From a virus: a stretch of DNA of 64,000 nt. The DNA is taken from the IMG/VR virus record IMGVR_UViG_3300009408_000003, positions 32,001-96,000 of that record; one strand, 5' to 3'. The notes under the pieces were generated by a model. It made no database searches and had not been told where the DNA came from. It was given only the letters and a program-made list of their open reading frames with translations. Shown piece after piece: positions 41,318 through 52,310 of this stretch (positions are counted from its first letter, which is position 1; each line of letters starts with the position of its first letter). Position numbers and translations under genes: made by a program.

Positions 41318-42705
41318 TAATTTGTTAGAAAGTTTAATCTTTCTATTTCATTTTTAATTTTGATGTTCCATTCGTTCCATTTTATATTTTTTAGCATCCA
41401 TTGTCTATAATAGGGTGGTATCTTCCTAATTTCAGTATTTTTATAACGTCCAAATGTCATATATATTTTTTCAATATTACCATCTTCATCTACTATTTTT
41501 CCTAAATCTGCCCCATTTTCTAAATGTAATCCGATCTCATGCATTGGTAAATCTGTTATTTGCATTCCATTACTACCATATAATTGCCATTTTTCATTCT
41601 TATCAGCATAGTATAAATCTTCAACTTTACCGAATCTTTTTAATGATCCTACAAAATCTACAATTAATGCATTTACTTTAGTTGGATATATACGTGTTGC
41701 TCTGCCAACAAACTGATACCACCATGAAATCGAGTTTGTTGGTCTTCCCGTAATAATACAATCTAGTTGCGGATAATCAAACCCAACAGTTAACACATTT
41801 ACTTGTACTACAACTCGTAAGCGGTGTGATTTAAATTCTTCTATGATACGATTTCTATCTTTTTTTGGTGTACCACCATGCACAACTGCCGCATGCGGAA
41901 TTTCACCAGCAAGTTCAGTAGCCTGTTTAATGGTTGGTACTGCAATTAAAATAGATTTTCTATCATATAATTCTGCTACCTTTTTTACTATTTTTTGATG
42001 TATATTTTGATTTTCATATACGTTTTCAATAGATTTAGATGTATAATCTGAACGGGCTGAATTATACACTAATTTTCCAGTATCAAATTCATATGATTGG
42101 TATTGTAATTTACTCCAATACTTTAATCGTACAATATCTTGGATTTGCGCAACATATAATATATGTTTAAAAAATTGGCCGTTTTTACTCCAATTTGTTA
42201 ACATAACTAATTTAGAATATGGTATACCATCTTTGCCCATATTTGTTTGTAATTTTAATGGGGTTGCCGTAAATCCTAATATATGAGTTACACCCACACC
42301 TTCTATAAATCGTCTTAATAATCCATCTGAATTTCTCGGGTAACGATCACATTCGTCAATAATAACTTTAGTAACTCCTAATTTTTTAATGTCTTGCGCT
42401 ACTGATATTAATGAGCCTAATGTACCATAAGTAACAGCACCAATTTCTTTTTCTCGCATCGATGCAGAATAAATACATGCTGTACCACCTAAGGTTGTAA
42501 ACTTTTCATAATTTTGTTCGAGCAATTCTTTTGAAGGTTGGATAACTAATACTTTATCATTAATACCTTTTGCAATAAAGGCGATAGCAATAGATTTACC
42601 AAATGCAGTAGGAGCAACAATAATTGAAGGGGCAAATTTAGGAGTATTAAAAAATTCGATTCCCATTTGTACAACTGGTATTTGATTAGGCCGTAATGTT
42701 ATCAT
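41317..42705 (-). CDS. Superfamily 2 helicase (UvsW/RadD-like)
   Basis: APTAFGKS, IIDEC, GFTATP, VLTVGFD, QFVGRATR. Confidence 0.9.
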   Translation of the reverse strand: MITLRPNQIPVVQMGIEFFNTPKFAPSIIVAPTAFGKSIAIAFIAKGINDKVLVIQPSKELLEQNYEKFTTLGGTACIYSASMREKEIGAVTYGTLGSLISVAQDIKKLGVTKVIIDECDRYPRNSDGLLRRFIEGVGVTHILGFTATPLKLQTNMGKDGIPYSKLVMLTNWSKNGQFFKHILYVAQIQDIVRLKYWSKLQYQSYEFDTGKLVYNSARSDYTSKSIENVYENQNIHQKIVKKVAELYDRKSILIAVPTIKQATELAGEIPHAAVVHGGTPKKDRNRIIEEFKSHRLRVVVQVNVLTVGFDYPQLDCIITGRPTNSISWWYQFVGRATRIYPTKVNALIVDFVGSLKRFGKVEDLYYADKNEKWQLYGSNGMQITDLPMHEIGLHLENGADLGKIVDEDGNIEKIYMTFGRYKNTEIRKIPPYYRQWMLKNIKWNEWNIKIKNEIERLNFLTN

Positions 42706-42935
42706 TATAAATTATATTTGTCTTTCCACATTTTTTTAAAGATAGTACCAACTCCTATTCGCAAATAAACTGCAGTTTTAGGAATTCCAACCATTTTTAT
42801 ACGAGGATTAATCATTGAATCTATTAAATTATCGATATTTTTATTTTTAAAAACTTTCATTCTAATTTTTGAATTTTTTCGTGTAGTATTTTTAAATACC
42901 ACTACTAATTCTGTTTTTGGATATGTTCCTCCCAT
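42705..42935 (-). CDS. Hypothetical protein
   Basis: 76-aa ORF overlapping the helicase start. Confidence 0.5.
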   Translation of the reverse strand: MGGTYPKTELVVVFKNTTRKNSKIRMKVFKNKNIDNLIDSMINPRIKMVGIPKTAVYLRIGVGTIFKKMWKDKYNL

Positions 42936-42957
42936 TTTAAAAATTTAGATAATATGA

Positions 42958-44121
42958 TTAATATGTTTTACTTGTAAAATTGGTCGGATATTTAGTACGA
43001 TATCCATCTAATATTGCTTGTGTTCCGCCTTGAGTATTCATCCAAAACTTAACTGCCTTTGGATCGTTAACCCAACGTTCAATTTTATTCCAATCAAACC
43101 ATGGATGATGATAATATGATGCACCATTATAAGAATTTCGCCAACCACCTTTTTCATATTGCAATTTATCAAGTTTTACAATAGAGTCATCAGTTGTTTT
43201 TGACTTGTCTGAAACAGTATCAGCTATAATTGTTTCAGGCTCAGTTACTTCAATATCGTTTATATTAGTAACTAGTTCAGAACCACCATATAACGGCTTA
43301 GGTTTACTTATTTTTTTTTTATGTTGGGTATTTTCATCTACCTTTAAAGCGGTGTTAAATGCAACAATAAGAACTACAGCAAGTGGATCAAATACAAATA
43401 TAATGATAAGTGTTAACCAATTTACAATTGTATTCATTTTCCATCCTAATGCCTTCGCCAAAAAACGTAAAGGCCCAACTTCTGCTGAAATAGTTTCGGC
43501 ACTTTTTATGTGTAATATTTTATTATCTAATGAAGTTAATGAATCATTCATAACTTCAATTTTATTATTTATATTGTTTCGTTGACGTTTTGTATCTGTT
43601 AATTCAGCGGTCAATACTCTACGTGTATTTACAGAAGTTGTTGTAATAATTTTGCCAGTTTCTTTATCTTTATACTGAATTACATTATTAGAAAGACCTT
43701 TTGCATAATTATTAATAGTTGCAGCTAATTGCTTTTTTTCAGATATGTATTCTGTTAATTGAGTTTTGTATCTTAATTTTTTTCGTTCTACCAGTTCAAT
43801 TTTCGCTTTTGATACATCTAATTTATCTGCGGTTGTTTGATATGCAGATGTTAAATATCCGTATATACCAGCTGATGTAATTATCATCAATACAAAAATA
43901 GCAATAGTTAAATATATGCGTAAAATTTTATTTATTTGATTCCAATAATTATATAGAAAACTTGCACCAATTAATTTAGCTATTTCAAGCGAACTAGCCA
44001 TTATTAAGACTGATATGGTAGCGCCAGCAAATAATTTTGATAATCCGTTTACCGAAAAAAATGCCGAATTAAATGCGACAAACAATGCAGCTAACCCTAA
44101 TAATATAGTTCTGAATTTCAT
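42958..44121 (-). CDS. Multi-pass membrane protein with coiled-coil
   Basis: Three N-terminal TM segments, coiled coil, EVGPLRFLA and FVFDPLAVVL segments. Confidence 0.7.
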   Translation of the reverse strand: MKFRTILLGLAALFVAFNSAFFSVNGLSKLFAGATISVLIMASSLEIAKLIGASFLYNYWNQINKILRIYLTIAIFVLMIITSAGIYGYLTSAYQTTADKLDVSKAKIELVERKKLRYKTQLTEYISEKKQLAATINNYAKGLSNNVIQYKDKETGKIITTTSVNTRRVLTAELTDTKRQRNNINNKIEVMNDSLTSLDNKILHIKSAETISAEVGPLRFLAKALGWKMNTIVNWLTLIIIFVFDPLAVVLIVAFNTALKVDENTQHKKKISKPKPLYGGSELVTNINDIEVTEPETIIADTVSDKSKTTDDSIVKLDKLQYEKGGWRNSYNGASYYHHPWFDWNKIERWVNDPKAVKFWMNTQGGTQAILDGYRTKYPTNFTSKTY

Positions 44122-44336
44122 TATGAAATACTTACGAGCTCTCCAATTTTATTTAAACCATTAATAGCATCTCGTAAATACTGTTTGGCTTCGACTGGGC
44201 TTGCTTGTTTAGTTCCGTCAATCATATAATTAACTAGTTTAATTCTACCTTCAACTTGCGTTAATAATTCATCAATTTTTAATTTGTATGCGTCTTTCAT
44301 TATAAAATATTTTATATATATAAATATAAGAAACAA
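44121..44336 (-). CDS. Hypothetical protein
   Basis: 71-aa ORF; the real start is probably the later MKDAYK. Confidence 0.5.
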   Translation of the reverse strand: MFLIFIYIKYFIMKDAYKLKIDELLTQVEGRIKLVNYMIDGTKQASPVEAKQYLRDAINGLNKIGELVSIS

Positions 44337-44370
44337 AAAAAGAGGATATTTTTTTCAAAAATCCTCTTTT
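44335..44370 (-). terminator. Intrinsic terminator after hsp20
   Basis: AAAAGAGGAT/ATCCTCTTTT inverted repeat with U-tract. Confidence 0.7.
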
Positions 44371-44395
44371 ATAATATTATAATCTTAAAAATATA

Positions 44396-44788
44396 TTATT
44401 CTGTAATTTCAATATTTTTAATTGGAATCGTTTTTTCTTTTAATTTTTTAATTTTGATTTCTAGGATTCCATGTTTAAGACTTGCTGTGATACTATCTGC
44501 ATCAAGGACTCTACCAAGAGTAAATGAATACCCGAAGCTTTGTGATAACGGATTTGATTTTTTCTTTGTATCAAGTGTTACTATTTTTAATTTAGTCTTT
44601 TCATTTGTGATTTTAATATCATCAAGTGATAATCCTAAAGCATTAATAGATAAAATGATAGTTCCATCTTTTTTATTAGTTACATCATATGTATCGAGTT
44701 TTGATGAGGTTGTTTCAGTTGATTTTGAGTATTGCGTAAATAATGGTTCAAAATCTGCTATTTTTGTTGTTGGGAATACATTAAACAT
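44396..44788 (-). CDS. Small heat-shock protein Hsp20
   Basis: Alpha-crystallin pattern: INALGLSLDDIKI...FTLG...DADSITASLKHGILEIKI. Confidence 0.8.
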   Translation of the reverse strand: MFNVFPTTKIADFEPLFTQYSKSTETTSSKLDTYDVTNKKDGTIILSINALGLSLDDIKITNEKTKLKIVTLDTKKKSNPLSQSFGYSFTLGRVLDADSITASLKHGILEIKIKKLKEKTIPIKNIEITE

Positions 44789-44840
44789 TTGTTTTTCGTT
44801 TTTAATTATTATTTATAATTCAATAAGTGTACCAATAAAC

Positions 44841-44880
44841 ATTTACTGACATTAATGTCAGTAAATATGACAATATGTCA
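44841..44880. promoter_or_regulatory. Palindromic operator-like site upstream of hsp20
   Basis: Perfect 26-bp palindrome at 44841-44866 (TGACA-N4-TGTCA core) plus TGACA-N3-TGTCA at 44868-44880. Confidence 0.6.
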
Positions 44881-44899
44881 GTTTATTAGTAAATTTAAG

Positions 44900-45553
44900 T
44901 TAAAATGGAGTATTAAGCCATTCTCTGCGTTCTTGTCTACATGACATATTATCTGCCCAATGTAAAATATATGGAAGCTCAGTTTTTAATGTCATATCTT
45001 TATTAAATGAAATGAAGTATTTTTTAGTTGCTTCGTCATATAATCCATCGGTACATTTTATACCAATCATCTCCCTTTCAGTATATTTAATTCCATACTG
45101 ATTTAATAGCCAAAATGCGCGGTCTGGCACATCCATAAATTGTAGTTTACCGTTTACATTAAACAGTTTACCTTGATTTTTTCTATGCCATTCTGATTGA
45201 TTTGCTATGTAATATGGTTGTTTTCCATCACCGAGTTTTCCTAAATCGTGGTGAAATGCTGCGAAAAATAATTCATCGTCAGTAAAATCTACCTTTATAG
45301 TTTCTTCAAATACTTTTTTAATTTTATATGCGTTTTTTACCACATTCATAACATGATCAATATATCCTCCAATATATGATGAATGGAAGTGTTCAAATCC
45401 GGATGCGGGAGCAACTGCAAGTTCAGTACCTAATTCATTTTCTGAATACATATGTAATAGTTTTTCTAATCGTTCTCCTGTGAATATCTTAGATAGCATT
45501 CCTATAAAGTTGTTGTAGTTTGCTTGTAATTCTTCTGGTGTATAAGTTTTCAT
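44900..45553 (-). CDS. HD-domain phosphohydrolase
   Basis: HSSYIGGYIDHV...AFHHDLGK...LHWADNM. Confidence 0.85.
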   Translation of the reverse strand: MKTYTPEELQANYNNFIGMLSKIFTGERLEKLLHMYSENELGTELAVAPASGFEHFHSSYIGGYIDHVMNVVKNAYKIKKVFEETIKVDFTDDELFFAAFHHDLGKLGDGKQPYYIANQSEWHRKNQGKLFNVNGKLQFMDVPDRAFWLLNQYGIKYTEREMIGIKCTDGLYDEATKKYFISFNKDMTLKTELPYILHWADNMSCRQERREWLNTPF

Positions 45554-45589
45554 TTTTGTTTTTAAAATTAATAATATTTTTTAATTAGA

Positions 45590-45910
45590 TTAAAATTTTT
45601 CATATATATTTCTTTTTGTTAATGCTCGGTATAATACTTCTGTTTCTTCTTCGGATTCGGTGTGCCCTAATCCATTCATACCATCTAGTTCTACTACATA
45701 TTCACCTTTTGATAATCCTAGTTCCTCCCATTCATCATTTGCTGATGATATCAACTGTGGTGCTTCATCATCTGGATTATCTTTCGGTAATGGTAATATC
45801 CAATAGTAAAAAGTTGTATCTGATATAGTATCTTCTATTTTTTCCCAACCTTGTGTTTCAAACATGACATCAGTTATCGGAGTTTCATTAATTTCAATTG
45901 GCGGTTGCAT
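45590..45910 (-). CDS. Hypothetical acidic protein
   Basis: 106-aa ORF. Confidence 0.55.
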   Translation of the reverse strand: MQPPIEINETPITDVMFETQGWEKIEDTISDTTFYYWILPLPKDNPDDEAPQLISSANDEWEELGLSKGEYVVELDGMNGLGHTESEEETEVLYRALTKRNIYEKF

Positions 45911-46126
45911 ATTTATTATTTTTTATTTAAGATTTGAGTTCAGCGTACAATCTAACGTTTCTTGAACGAACATATATTTTCTTATCAGGTTAGTCAGCTA
46001 ATTCTGTCATTCCTTTTTTTGTTAATCGTAATATTGCTAACTTGGTTTTATTAAAAATTAATGGACGAAATGAAGAATTCATCGCTAAATCGCCAGTATT
46101 TGATAAAATAAATTCGTGTGTTTTCA

Positions 46127-46606
46127 TTATAATAATACTTTTAATATTGAATTCCATGTTGGGTATTCATTCCATTTATTATTTTCATAATCCCACCCAA
46201 ACGATAATAATTTACCAGTAAACTCATCAGCTCCATTAGCTAATCTATCATCAATCAAATAATCACCCATTAATAAATCTTTTCTATGTGTAATTATTAG
46301 TTTTTTGTGAAATAACTTTTTAAAATATGCTTCTATCCAATATCGTTTATCAGTATTTGATTCTGGGTTACCCCATGGTGCTGATGTTAATATGAATATA
46401 TCATATTTATTACTTTCACTTAATTTTTTTATTGATTCAATAGCACCTTTAATTGGTGGTGGAAATCGAAAAATTCCTGGAATATGGTCTGGATTTTCTT
46501 TGTATTTATTAGCAATGTTTAAATGTTCACTAAACCATGCATCCATTGCAGATTTAGTATCTACAATTACGCCATCCATATCAATATATAATATTTTTTT
46601 CGTCAT
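46127..46606 (-). CDS. 5'(3')-deoxyribonucleotidase (NT5C, HAD family)
   Basis: YIDMDGV, ILTSAPW, GDYLIDD. Confidence 0.9.
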   Translation of the reverse strand: MTKKILYIDMDGVIVDTKSAMDAWFSEHLNIANKYKENPDHIPGIFRFPPPIKGAIESIKKLSESNKYDIFILTSAPWGNPESNTDKRYWIEAYFKKLFHKKLIITHRKDLLMGDYLIDDRLANGADEFTGKLLSFGWDYENNKWNEYPTWNSILKVLL

Positions 46607-46630
46607 ATGTTATATCTCTTACTTAATATG

Positions 46631-46663
46631 CTAAGATACAAAAAATAATTAAGATTTCCTAAT
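46631..46663 (-). promoter_or_regulatory. Phage early/middle promoter
   Basis: TTAGGA-N18-TATCTTAG, upstream of NT5C. Confidence 0.65.
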
Positions 46664-47097
46664 TAATTGTTGTTTTTTTTAAAAAAATGTGATAAATGAT
46701 TTTTTTTGATTGCATCCCATTCTTTTTTATTAATTTTTAGTTTAAGTTTTTTAGATAGTTGCCAACCAATTTCCCATGCATTAAGTTCTTTTAAGAAATG
46801 ACCTAATTGATATTTTTCATAATTACTATTAATATCTAATAATTTATATGAGTTAATTCCAGTATTTGTAGTCGACTGTAATGATTTTCCAATTTCGAAT
46901 AGTAAAACAATTAATCCGTTATGTTCTAAATCATAATTATAATGAATAATTATTTCTCGTTGAAAAAAACCTGTAAATATAGTATCAGTGCCTAGTAGTA
47001 CTCGGATTCCTCTATGTCTGAAAATGTAATCGGAAACCTTTTTAAATTTTTTAGGAAATACTCTTTTACTTATTTTATTATATTTAATCATTATCAA
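46663..47097 (-). CDS. Hypothetical protein
   Basis: 144-aa ORF with ELNAWEIG. Confidence 0.55.
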   Translation of the reverse strand: MIMIKYNKISKRVFPKKFKKVSDYIFRHRGIRVLLGTDTIFTGFFQREIIIHYNYDLEHNGLIVLLFEIGKSLQSTTNTGINSYKLLDINSNYEKYQLGHFLKELNAWEIGWQLSKKLKLKINKKEWDAIKKNHLSHFFKKNNN

Positions 47098-47252
47098 TTA
47101 CAAATTTAATATTAAATATCTCTTTTATTTTTCTAAAATGTTTAACTCCATTATAACTCATCTTATTATATTTAGGTATATACCTAATTATGCTACCTTT
47201 TCGTTTAACTTCAAGTTTAGTGCTTCTTATCAAAAATAAAAAGCCAACGCTC

Positions 47253-47546
47253 TTAGTCTATCATTTTCATTGAACGTTCGGTATTATTACCAATCACATT
47301 AATTTGAACTTCCATTTTATCAGCAATCAAATTAAACAGTTCAACAATATTCCTATTATCTTCTTTTTGTTTTTGCAATTTATCTTCTTCGGATTTAGGG
47401 TGTCCTTCGGTTCTGTTTAATTTTCCATTCAGTTTTTCAGTTAATCCAGCAAGTTCCTTTAATTGCACGCACTTGTGGTCTAACCTTTCAAACGCTTGTA
47501 TAAGTGTTTGTCTTTCTTGTACTTCTGTCATTGATTTACTTTCCAT
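47253..47546 (-). CDS. Hypothetical coiled-coil protein
   Basis: ORF in small-gene cluster. Confidence 0.55.
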   Translation of the reverse strand: MESKSMTEVQERQTLIQAFERLDHKCVQLKELAGLTEKLNGKLNRTEGHPKSEEDKLQKQKEDNRNIVELFNLIADKMEVQINVIGNNTERSMKMID

Positions 47547-47636
47547 TTTATTTATATTTAATTTTATAGGTACTCTAAGTTTTCCCTTTCTCTTTTTTAT
47601 TTTTTTTAATTAGTGCTTAAATTAAAATTTGTAGTT

Positions 47637-47894
47637 CTAAACACGCACAGTTCTTATACTTGTACGATGCTGCGTAAAACATATTGTGTTTGGTTCGTCA
47701 TTACAATAGCAAACAGAACAATGAACTGCTCCGTATATACCTTTCGCTTTTACAACTGTGTTTCTGCTTTCATACTTTGTTTTTACATTTTCCATAATTT
47801 TAAGTTTTAATGTTTGTACTAGCAAAGGTACGTAAACTAATTGAAAGTACCAAATAGAGTACAAAGATATTTTTGCCATCGCCCACAAAAACAA
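47637..47894 (-). CDS. Hypothetical protein
   Basis: ORF in small-gene cluster; the real start is probably MENVK. Confidence 0.4.
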   Translation of the reverse strand: MFLWAMAKISLYSIWYFQLVYVPLLVQTLKLKIMENVKTKYESRNTVVKAKGIYGAVHCSVCYCNDEPNTICFTQHRTSIRTVRV

Positions 47895-47957
47895 TAGATA
47901 ACACTAAGTGAACCACATTAAAACCATGGTTTATTATTTCCGTTGTAAGTAATTATG

Positions 47958-48287
47958 CTATTTAATATTGTACTTTGGGTGTTTACACGGTTTCATCGTA
48001 CAGTCTAATGCTACACGTTCATTACCTCCACACTCGCAAATCGCCACTTCGCTATGTTCACATTCACATAAAGGTTGTAAGGTATTATTATATATTCGTA
48101 TTGGCTTATTACATCTCATACACCAATTCGCTTCGCTACTACCAACTCCAAATAAAATTAATGCTTGGGTTAAGTCTTTTAATCCAATTACTGTCTTTGC
48201 AGTCCCCCCTTGTACAGATATTAGTATTTCACCTTTATCTCTTCCCATTTCAATAAGGCAATCGTTTTCTTTACATTCGTATTTCAT
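47958..48287 (-). CDS. Hypothetical Cys-rich protein
   Basis: ORF with several CxxC-like pairs. Confidence 0.55.
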   Translation of the reverse strand: MKYECKENDCLIEMGRDKGEILISVQGGTAKTVIGLKDLTQALILFGVGSSEANWCMRCNKPIRIYNNTLQPLCECEHSEVAICECGGNERVALDCTMKPCKHPKYNIK

Positions 48288-48348
48288 AATTATATATTTA
48301 AGTTAATAATTCGCACTAATCTTATTTTGTTAAGTTGGCAACAATAGC

Positions 48349-48657
48349 CTACTTGTAACTATCTTCAATCGCATTTACTGCATTTATAAAGTCTGTTTTA
48401 TCAATTATACCCATTTCATACATTTGTATTTTTTGGTATATTTCAATTCCTTTGCAATAAGAATATTTTGTTTCTAATGGTAAGTTATTCTTTTCAAAAG
48501 CCGTAGGCATACTATTGCCAACACTGGCTATAATTAATACCTTGTTTTCGTCTTTATTTGCAAAGTCCTGTGAAACTTTTTCGTAGTCAAAATCGTGATT
48601 ATTTATCAACCCTTTATCATTTAGTTCTAACAAAAATCTTATTAATATTTCTTCCAT
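48349..48657 (-). CDS. Hypothetical protein
   Basis: ORF in small-gene cluster. Confidence 0.55.
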   Translation of the reverse strand: MEEILIRFLLELNDKGLINNHDFDYEKVSQDFANKDENKVLIIASVGNSMPTAFEKNNLPLETKYSYCKGIEIYQKIQMYEMGIIDKTDFINAVNAIEDSYK

Positions 48658-48743
48658 TTTTATTAAGTTTAATTATTAATTCACAGTACTAATCATAACC
48701 TCTTACGTTGCAAAACATATTATTGCTTTTCATTTTTTTGCAT

Positions 48744-49004
48744 CTATTGTGCCATCCCATTGTATCTGTTTTCAAAATTGTACTTTTTTGTATTATTAAT
48801 GTATTCAAAGACTTGGTCTTTAGTAGATTTCATTATAGTTCCTTTTCTCTTTTCAATATCAGCAAAGGCTTCTGCAAATTCCATATTAATACTTTTAGTT
48901 CCCCTTATATCTTCCAATACATCTACAAGTTTTTTTAACTGCAAACTTACAATTCCGCCATTGAAAAGTATTTTTTCGATTCTGTTTTTAATATGAGTTG
49001 TCAT
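48744..49004 (-). CDS. Hypothetical protein
   Basis: ORF in small-gene cluster. Confidence 0.55.
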   Translation of the reverse strand: MTTHIKNRIEKILFNGGIVSLQLKKLVDVLEDIRGTKSINMEFAEAFADIEKRKGTIMKSTKDQVFEYINNTKKYNFENRYNGMAQ

Positions 49005-49467
49005 AATTTATATGTTTTAATTAATTAATACTCAAATGTAAACATAAATTTACTAACTACCAAATAAATATTGAAGTTTTTTTTAATTATTTTACCGTGC
49101 AGTATAAAAATAATGCCTTAAATAGTTGTATATTAAACATTTGTAGTCTTATTTAAAATCATTATAAATATAAAAATTAGTATTTTATAAATGACATTAT
49201 TATTATACTATCAGTTATGTGCAATTTAAAAAATTATTTATTATTTCTTTAATCATCTTTTATATATTTATTTAATTAAAAAACTCTTTGCCCAAATTTC
49301 AGTTATAGGATATTTTTTTAACAACTAGAGTACTAGGTTTACGTTCTATAATATATTTTACAATAAACACAACTGCTGATACAGTTTATAATAATTGGAG
49401 AGTAACAGCTTCAGTTACCATGCTTATATCCCACTTACTTATTATTGTTTATCTTCAATCAAAGAGT

Positions 49468-49662
49468 TTAATTTTTAGAATCTTTTTCAATTATTTTCTT
49501 CCAAAAATCAGGATAATCTTCTGGTAGATAATTCATTTCAGTGAAAGACATACAATCTTCTTTATCATTGTCAGGTAAATCAAATCCATCTTCTGTTTCT
49601 TCTAAAATATATCCTAATTTAGGACTTCTTGGGTATGTTTTAATAAGTTTATATTTTCTCAT
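49468..49662 (-). CDS. Hypothetical protein
   Basis: MRKYKLIKTYP...PDFW. Confidence 0.55.
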   Translation of the reverse strand: MRKYKLIKTYPRSPKLGYILEETEDGFDLPDNDKEDCMSFTEMNYLPEDYPDFWKKIIEKDSKN

Positions 49663-49666
49663 TACT

Positions 49667-50011
49667 TCAAATTATTTTTTTGCACCATTTTTCTTTAGCA
49701 CTTCTATATAATATACTTAATTGTGTTTTATCTTCTCCTGCATTATTTATAAATATAGGGGTAATAGTTGGTTTTAGTATTTTATCATATAAATATTTTA
49801 TTCCTAAAAATATATAATAAAATATAACTGTTAATATAGCTAATATACATATTATAATAGAAAAAATTATAATTCCTGTAATTAAAAATAAAAAAGATAA
49901 TAAATATAAATTATATGTATTTTCCTTAAATACAGGAAATAGTGTACTTAGTATCATATATCCAAATAATGTAGCTGAAAGAGAAATTAATACAAAAAAA
50001 AGATGCATCAT
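49667..50011 (-). CDS. Small membrane protein
   Basis: Two hydrophobic segments. Confidence 0.5.
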   Translation of the reverse strand: MMHLFFVLISLSATLFGYMILSTLFPVFKENTYNLYLLSFLFLITGIIIFSIIICILAILTVIFYYIFLGIKYLYDKILKPTITPIFINNAGEDKTQLSILYRSAKEKWCKKII

Positions 50012-50103
50012 TTTTTTTCTTTAATTCTTCTTGCGTCATAATATTTTTAGTTTTATTTTATTCGTAAAATTACATTGTCATGTCCGCATCTGTTGACGGT
50101 CAT

Positions 50104-50409
50104 TTAATGATTGATGTTAAACATTATGTTATATATTTCAATAGCATCTTCTATCTTAATCCAATTATTACTTTTAAACATTTTGTATAAATCATCATTT
50201 TTGACAAACATTGTTTTTATCCATTCTTCAAAGTTAGGCATTTCTTTACACCTAAACGTCACTTCGTTACTACCATCATCGTTTAAACCTAATGCTTTAA
50301 TTACGCTATCTAAATCAATTAATAGTTGCTCTCTAACATCTACTTGTGCTCCACGCATTTCAAGTATAGAATTATAACCATACTTTTCTGCAAATTCTTC
50401 TTTTGTCAT
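50104..50409 (-). CDS. Hypothetical protein
   Basis: ORF in small-gene cluster. Confidence 0.55.
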   Translation of the reverse strand: MTKEEFAEKYGYNSILEMRGAQVDVREQLLIDLDSVIKALGLNDDGSNEVTFRCKEMPNFEEWIKTMFVKNDDLYKMFKSNNWIKIEDAIEIYNIMFNINH

Positions 50410-50477
50410 TTTATTTATATTTAAAAATTATTATTATCTAACCGTACTATGATTAACCAAATACGTTGACAATAATA

Positions 50478-50828
50478 CTACATAATTTCAAAAATAAAAG
50501 TTTTGTTCCCATTACCTTTTTCTTCAACATAATAAAAAGAACCTGTTTTTTCAATATCTCTAAACCTTTTATTTGTTATACGTTTAGTTTTTATATTTAT
50601 TTTATCCATTGCTTTTTTATGATTTTCTCCCCTTACAAATTGTTTGTCTCCCAATTTCCATTTAATAGACTTTGTAATTGAAAAGAATCTTTCACTTAAA
50701 TCTTCATCACTATTAAAGTGATATATTAATCTCATTCCCTTAATTTTCCAAGTTCCACCACGTTCAGTTATTTTTTCTGCGTGTTTCACTAATGCTTTTG
50801 TATTTGTATGTGTTTTTTTATATTCCAT
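50478..50828 (-). CDS. Hypothetical protein
   Basis: ORF in small-gene cluster. Confidence 0.55.
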   Translation of the reverse strand: MEYKKTHTNTKALVKHAEKITERGGTWKIKGMRLIYHFNSDEDLSERFFSITKSIKWKLGDKQFVRGENHKKAMDKINIKTKRITNKRFRDIEKTGSFYYVEEKGNGNKTFIFEIM

Positions 50829-51296
50829 TATTTCAAATTTAGTTTAGTTCGTTAATTAGTCATACTATGGGTAACGACGTATAAAAAAATTCCTTTTTAA
50901 TTGTGCTTTTGTGTAACATTATCGTTTTGCTTTTAATTACATATCAAATATATAACATATGTATCATATATACAACATAAATAGTAAAAAGTTTTATTTT
51001 TATTTAAAAATAATTAATCCACCACTATTTTTTTATTAACTCGCTAATCATATACGTTTACAGTTGGGACGTAATATGCTAGCTGAAATTTACAAATGAA
51101 AGTTTAATCTTTCAAACTACACCCAACAACATATATAATTTATAGGCAATAAGGTTATTATTCAATATTTATTTCTATTTATTAAAGTAGGCTCTTAATT
51201 CAAAATTTCTATATGTTAATGTCTACAAAATCATATACAAGCCGTTAGCATTAATTAGTAAGTGTTATTTAGGTCACACAAACCTTATATATTTCG

Positions 51297-51485
51297 TTAG
51301 ACACAATTATTTTCTTCTAAGAATGTATCAATTTCCTCTATATCTATCCAATCAGTGCCACTACCCTCGTTATCTTTGTTGAACCAATACATAAATGGAA
51401 TTAACAGTTCACGCTGTTGACTAACCATAGATATATCAAACGTCTTTATTAGCATCTTCTGCCCATAATGCATTAGAAGTTTCAT
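51297..51485 (-). CDS. Hypothetical protein
   Basis: Short ORF; start uncertain. Confidence 0.35.
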   Translation of the reverse strand: MKLLMHYGQKMLIKTFDISMVSQQRELLIPFMYWFNKDNEGSGTDWIDIEEIDTFLEENNCV

Positions 51486-51626
51486 CTTTAAATTTTTGTC
51501 TTAAATTTTCTTGTTCTTTACTCATAATATCTGTTTTAAATTAATACGCGCAAAACAATAATGCTTAAATTCTTTAATGTTCTATAATTCGTTTCCATAA
51601 TCAAAAATAAAAGTCTTTGCGCTTCT

Positions 51627-52310
51627 TTAAATTTCTATAATATTACCATTACTGCTTAATTTTCCAAATTCATTATCTGTAACAATACTTCCATTACTAA
51701 ATATAGTATCTGAATTTGATAATTTTAGTAATCCAGAATTTGTAACTCCTTTACAATTATGAATATGGCCAAAACAATGTAATTTTGGATTTACTTTATT
51801 TATTCTTTTTCTTAATGCACTACACCCACACATTTCAATATTATGATACCTGTCTATACTTATATCTAATATCCCTTTTGGCGGCGTATGTGTTATAACT
51901 ATATCTGTATCTAAATCTATATGTTCCCATATTTTAGCTATTTTACTTCTATTTTTCATAAAAGACCAATCACCAAAAGTAGGCACAAAAGGAGAACCAA
52001 ATATTTTTAATCCTAAAACTTCAATAGTCTCATTTTCTAAATAAATAATTCCATTATCTTTAAAATCTTTTTTAGTTATAACGTTTTTATAAATTGCTGT
52101 ATCGTGATTTCCAGCTACAAATATTTTATATTTTATATTTAATTTAGAAAACCAATAGATAAAATTCATTATTTCTTGATAGCTCATTTCTAAATTTTTA
52201 GGATTACTACAATCTCCAGAAAAAATTACAATATCTATATTTTCAGGTACTATTAATAATTCGTGGTAAGTATGGGAATCCCCAATATGCCATAGTTTTT
52301 TTATCATCAC
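51627..52310 (-). CDS. Calcineurin-like metallophosphoesterase
   Basis: GDSH, SGD, AGNHD, ITHTPP, FGHIH. Confidence 0.9.
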   Translation of the reverse strand: MMIKKLWHIGDSHTYHELLIVPENIDIVIFSGDCSNPKNLEMSYQEIMNFIYWFSKLNIKYKIFVAGNHDTAIYKNVITKKDFKDNGIIYLENETIEVLGLKIFGSPFVPTFGDWSFMKNRSKIAKIWEHIDLDTDIVITHTPPKGILDISIDRYHNIEMCGCSALRKRINKVNPKLHCFGHIHNCKGVTNSGLLKLSNSDTIFSNGSIVTDNEFGKLSSNGNIIEI

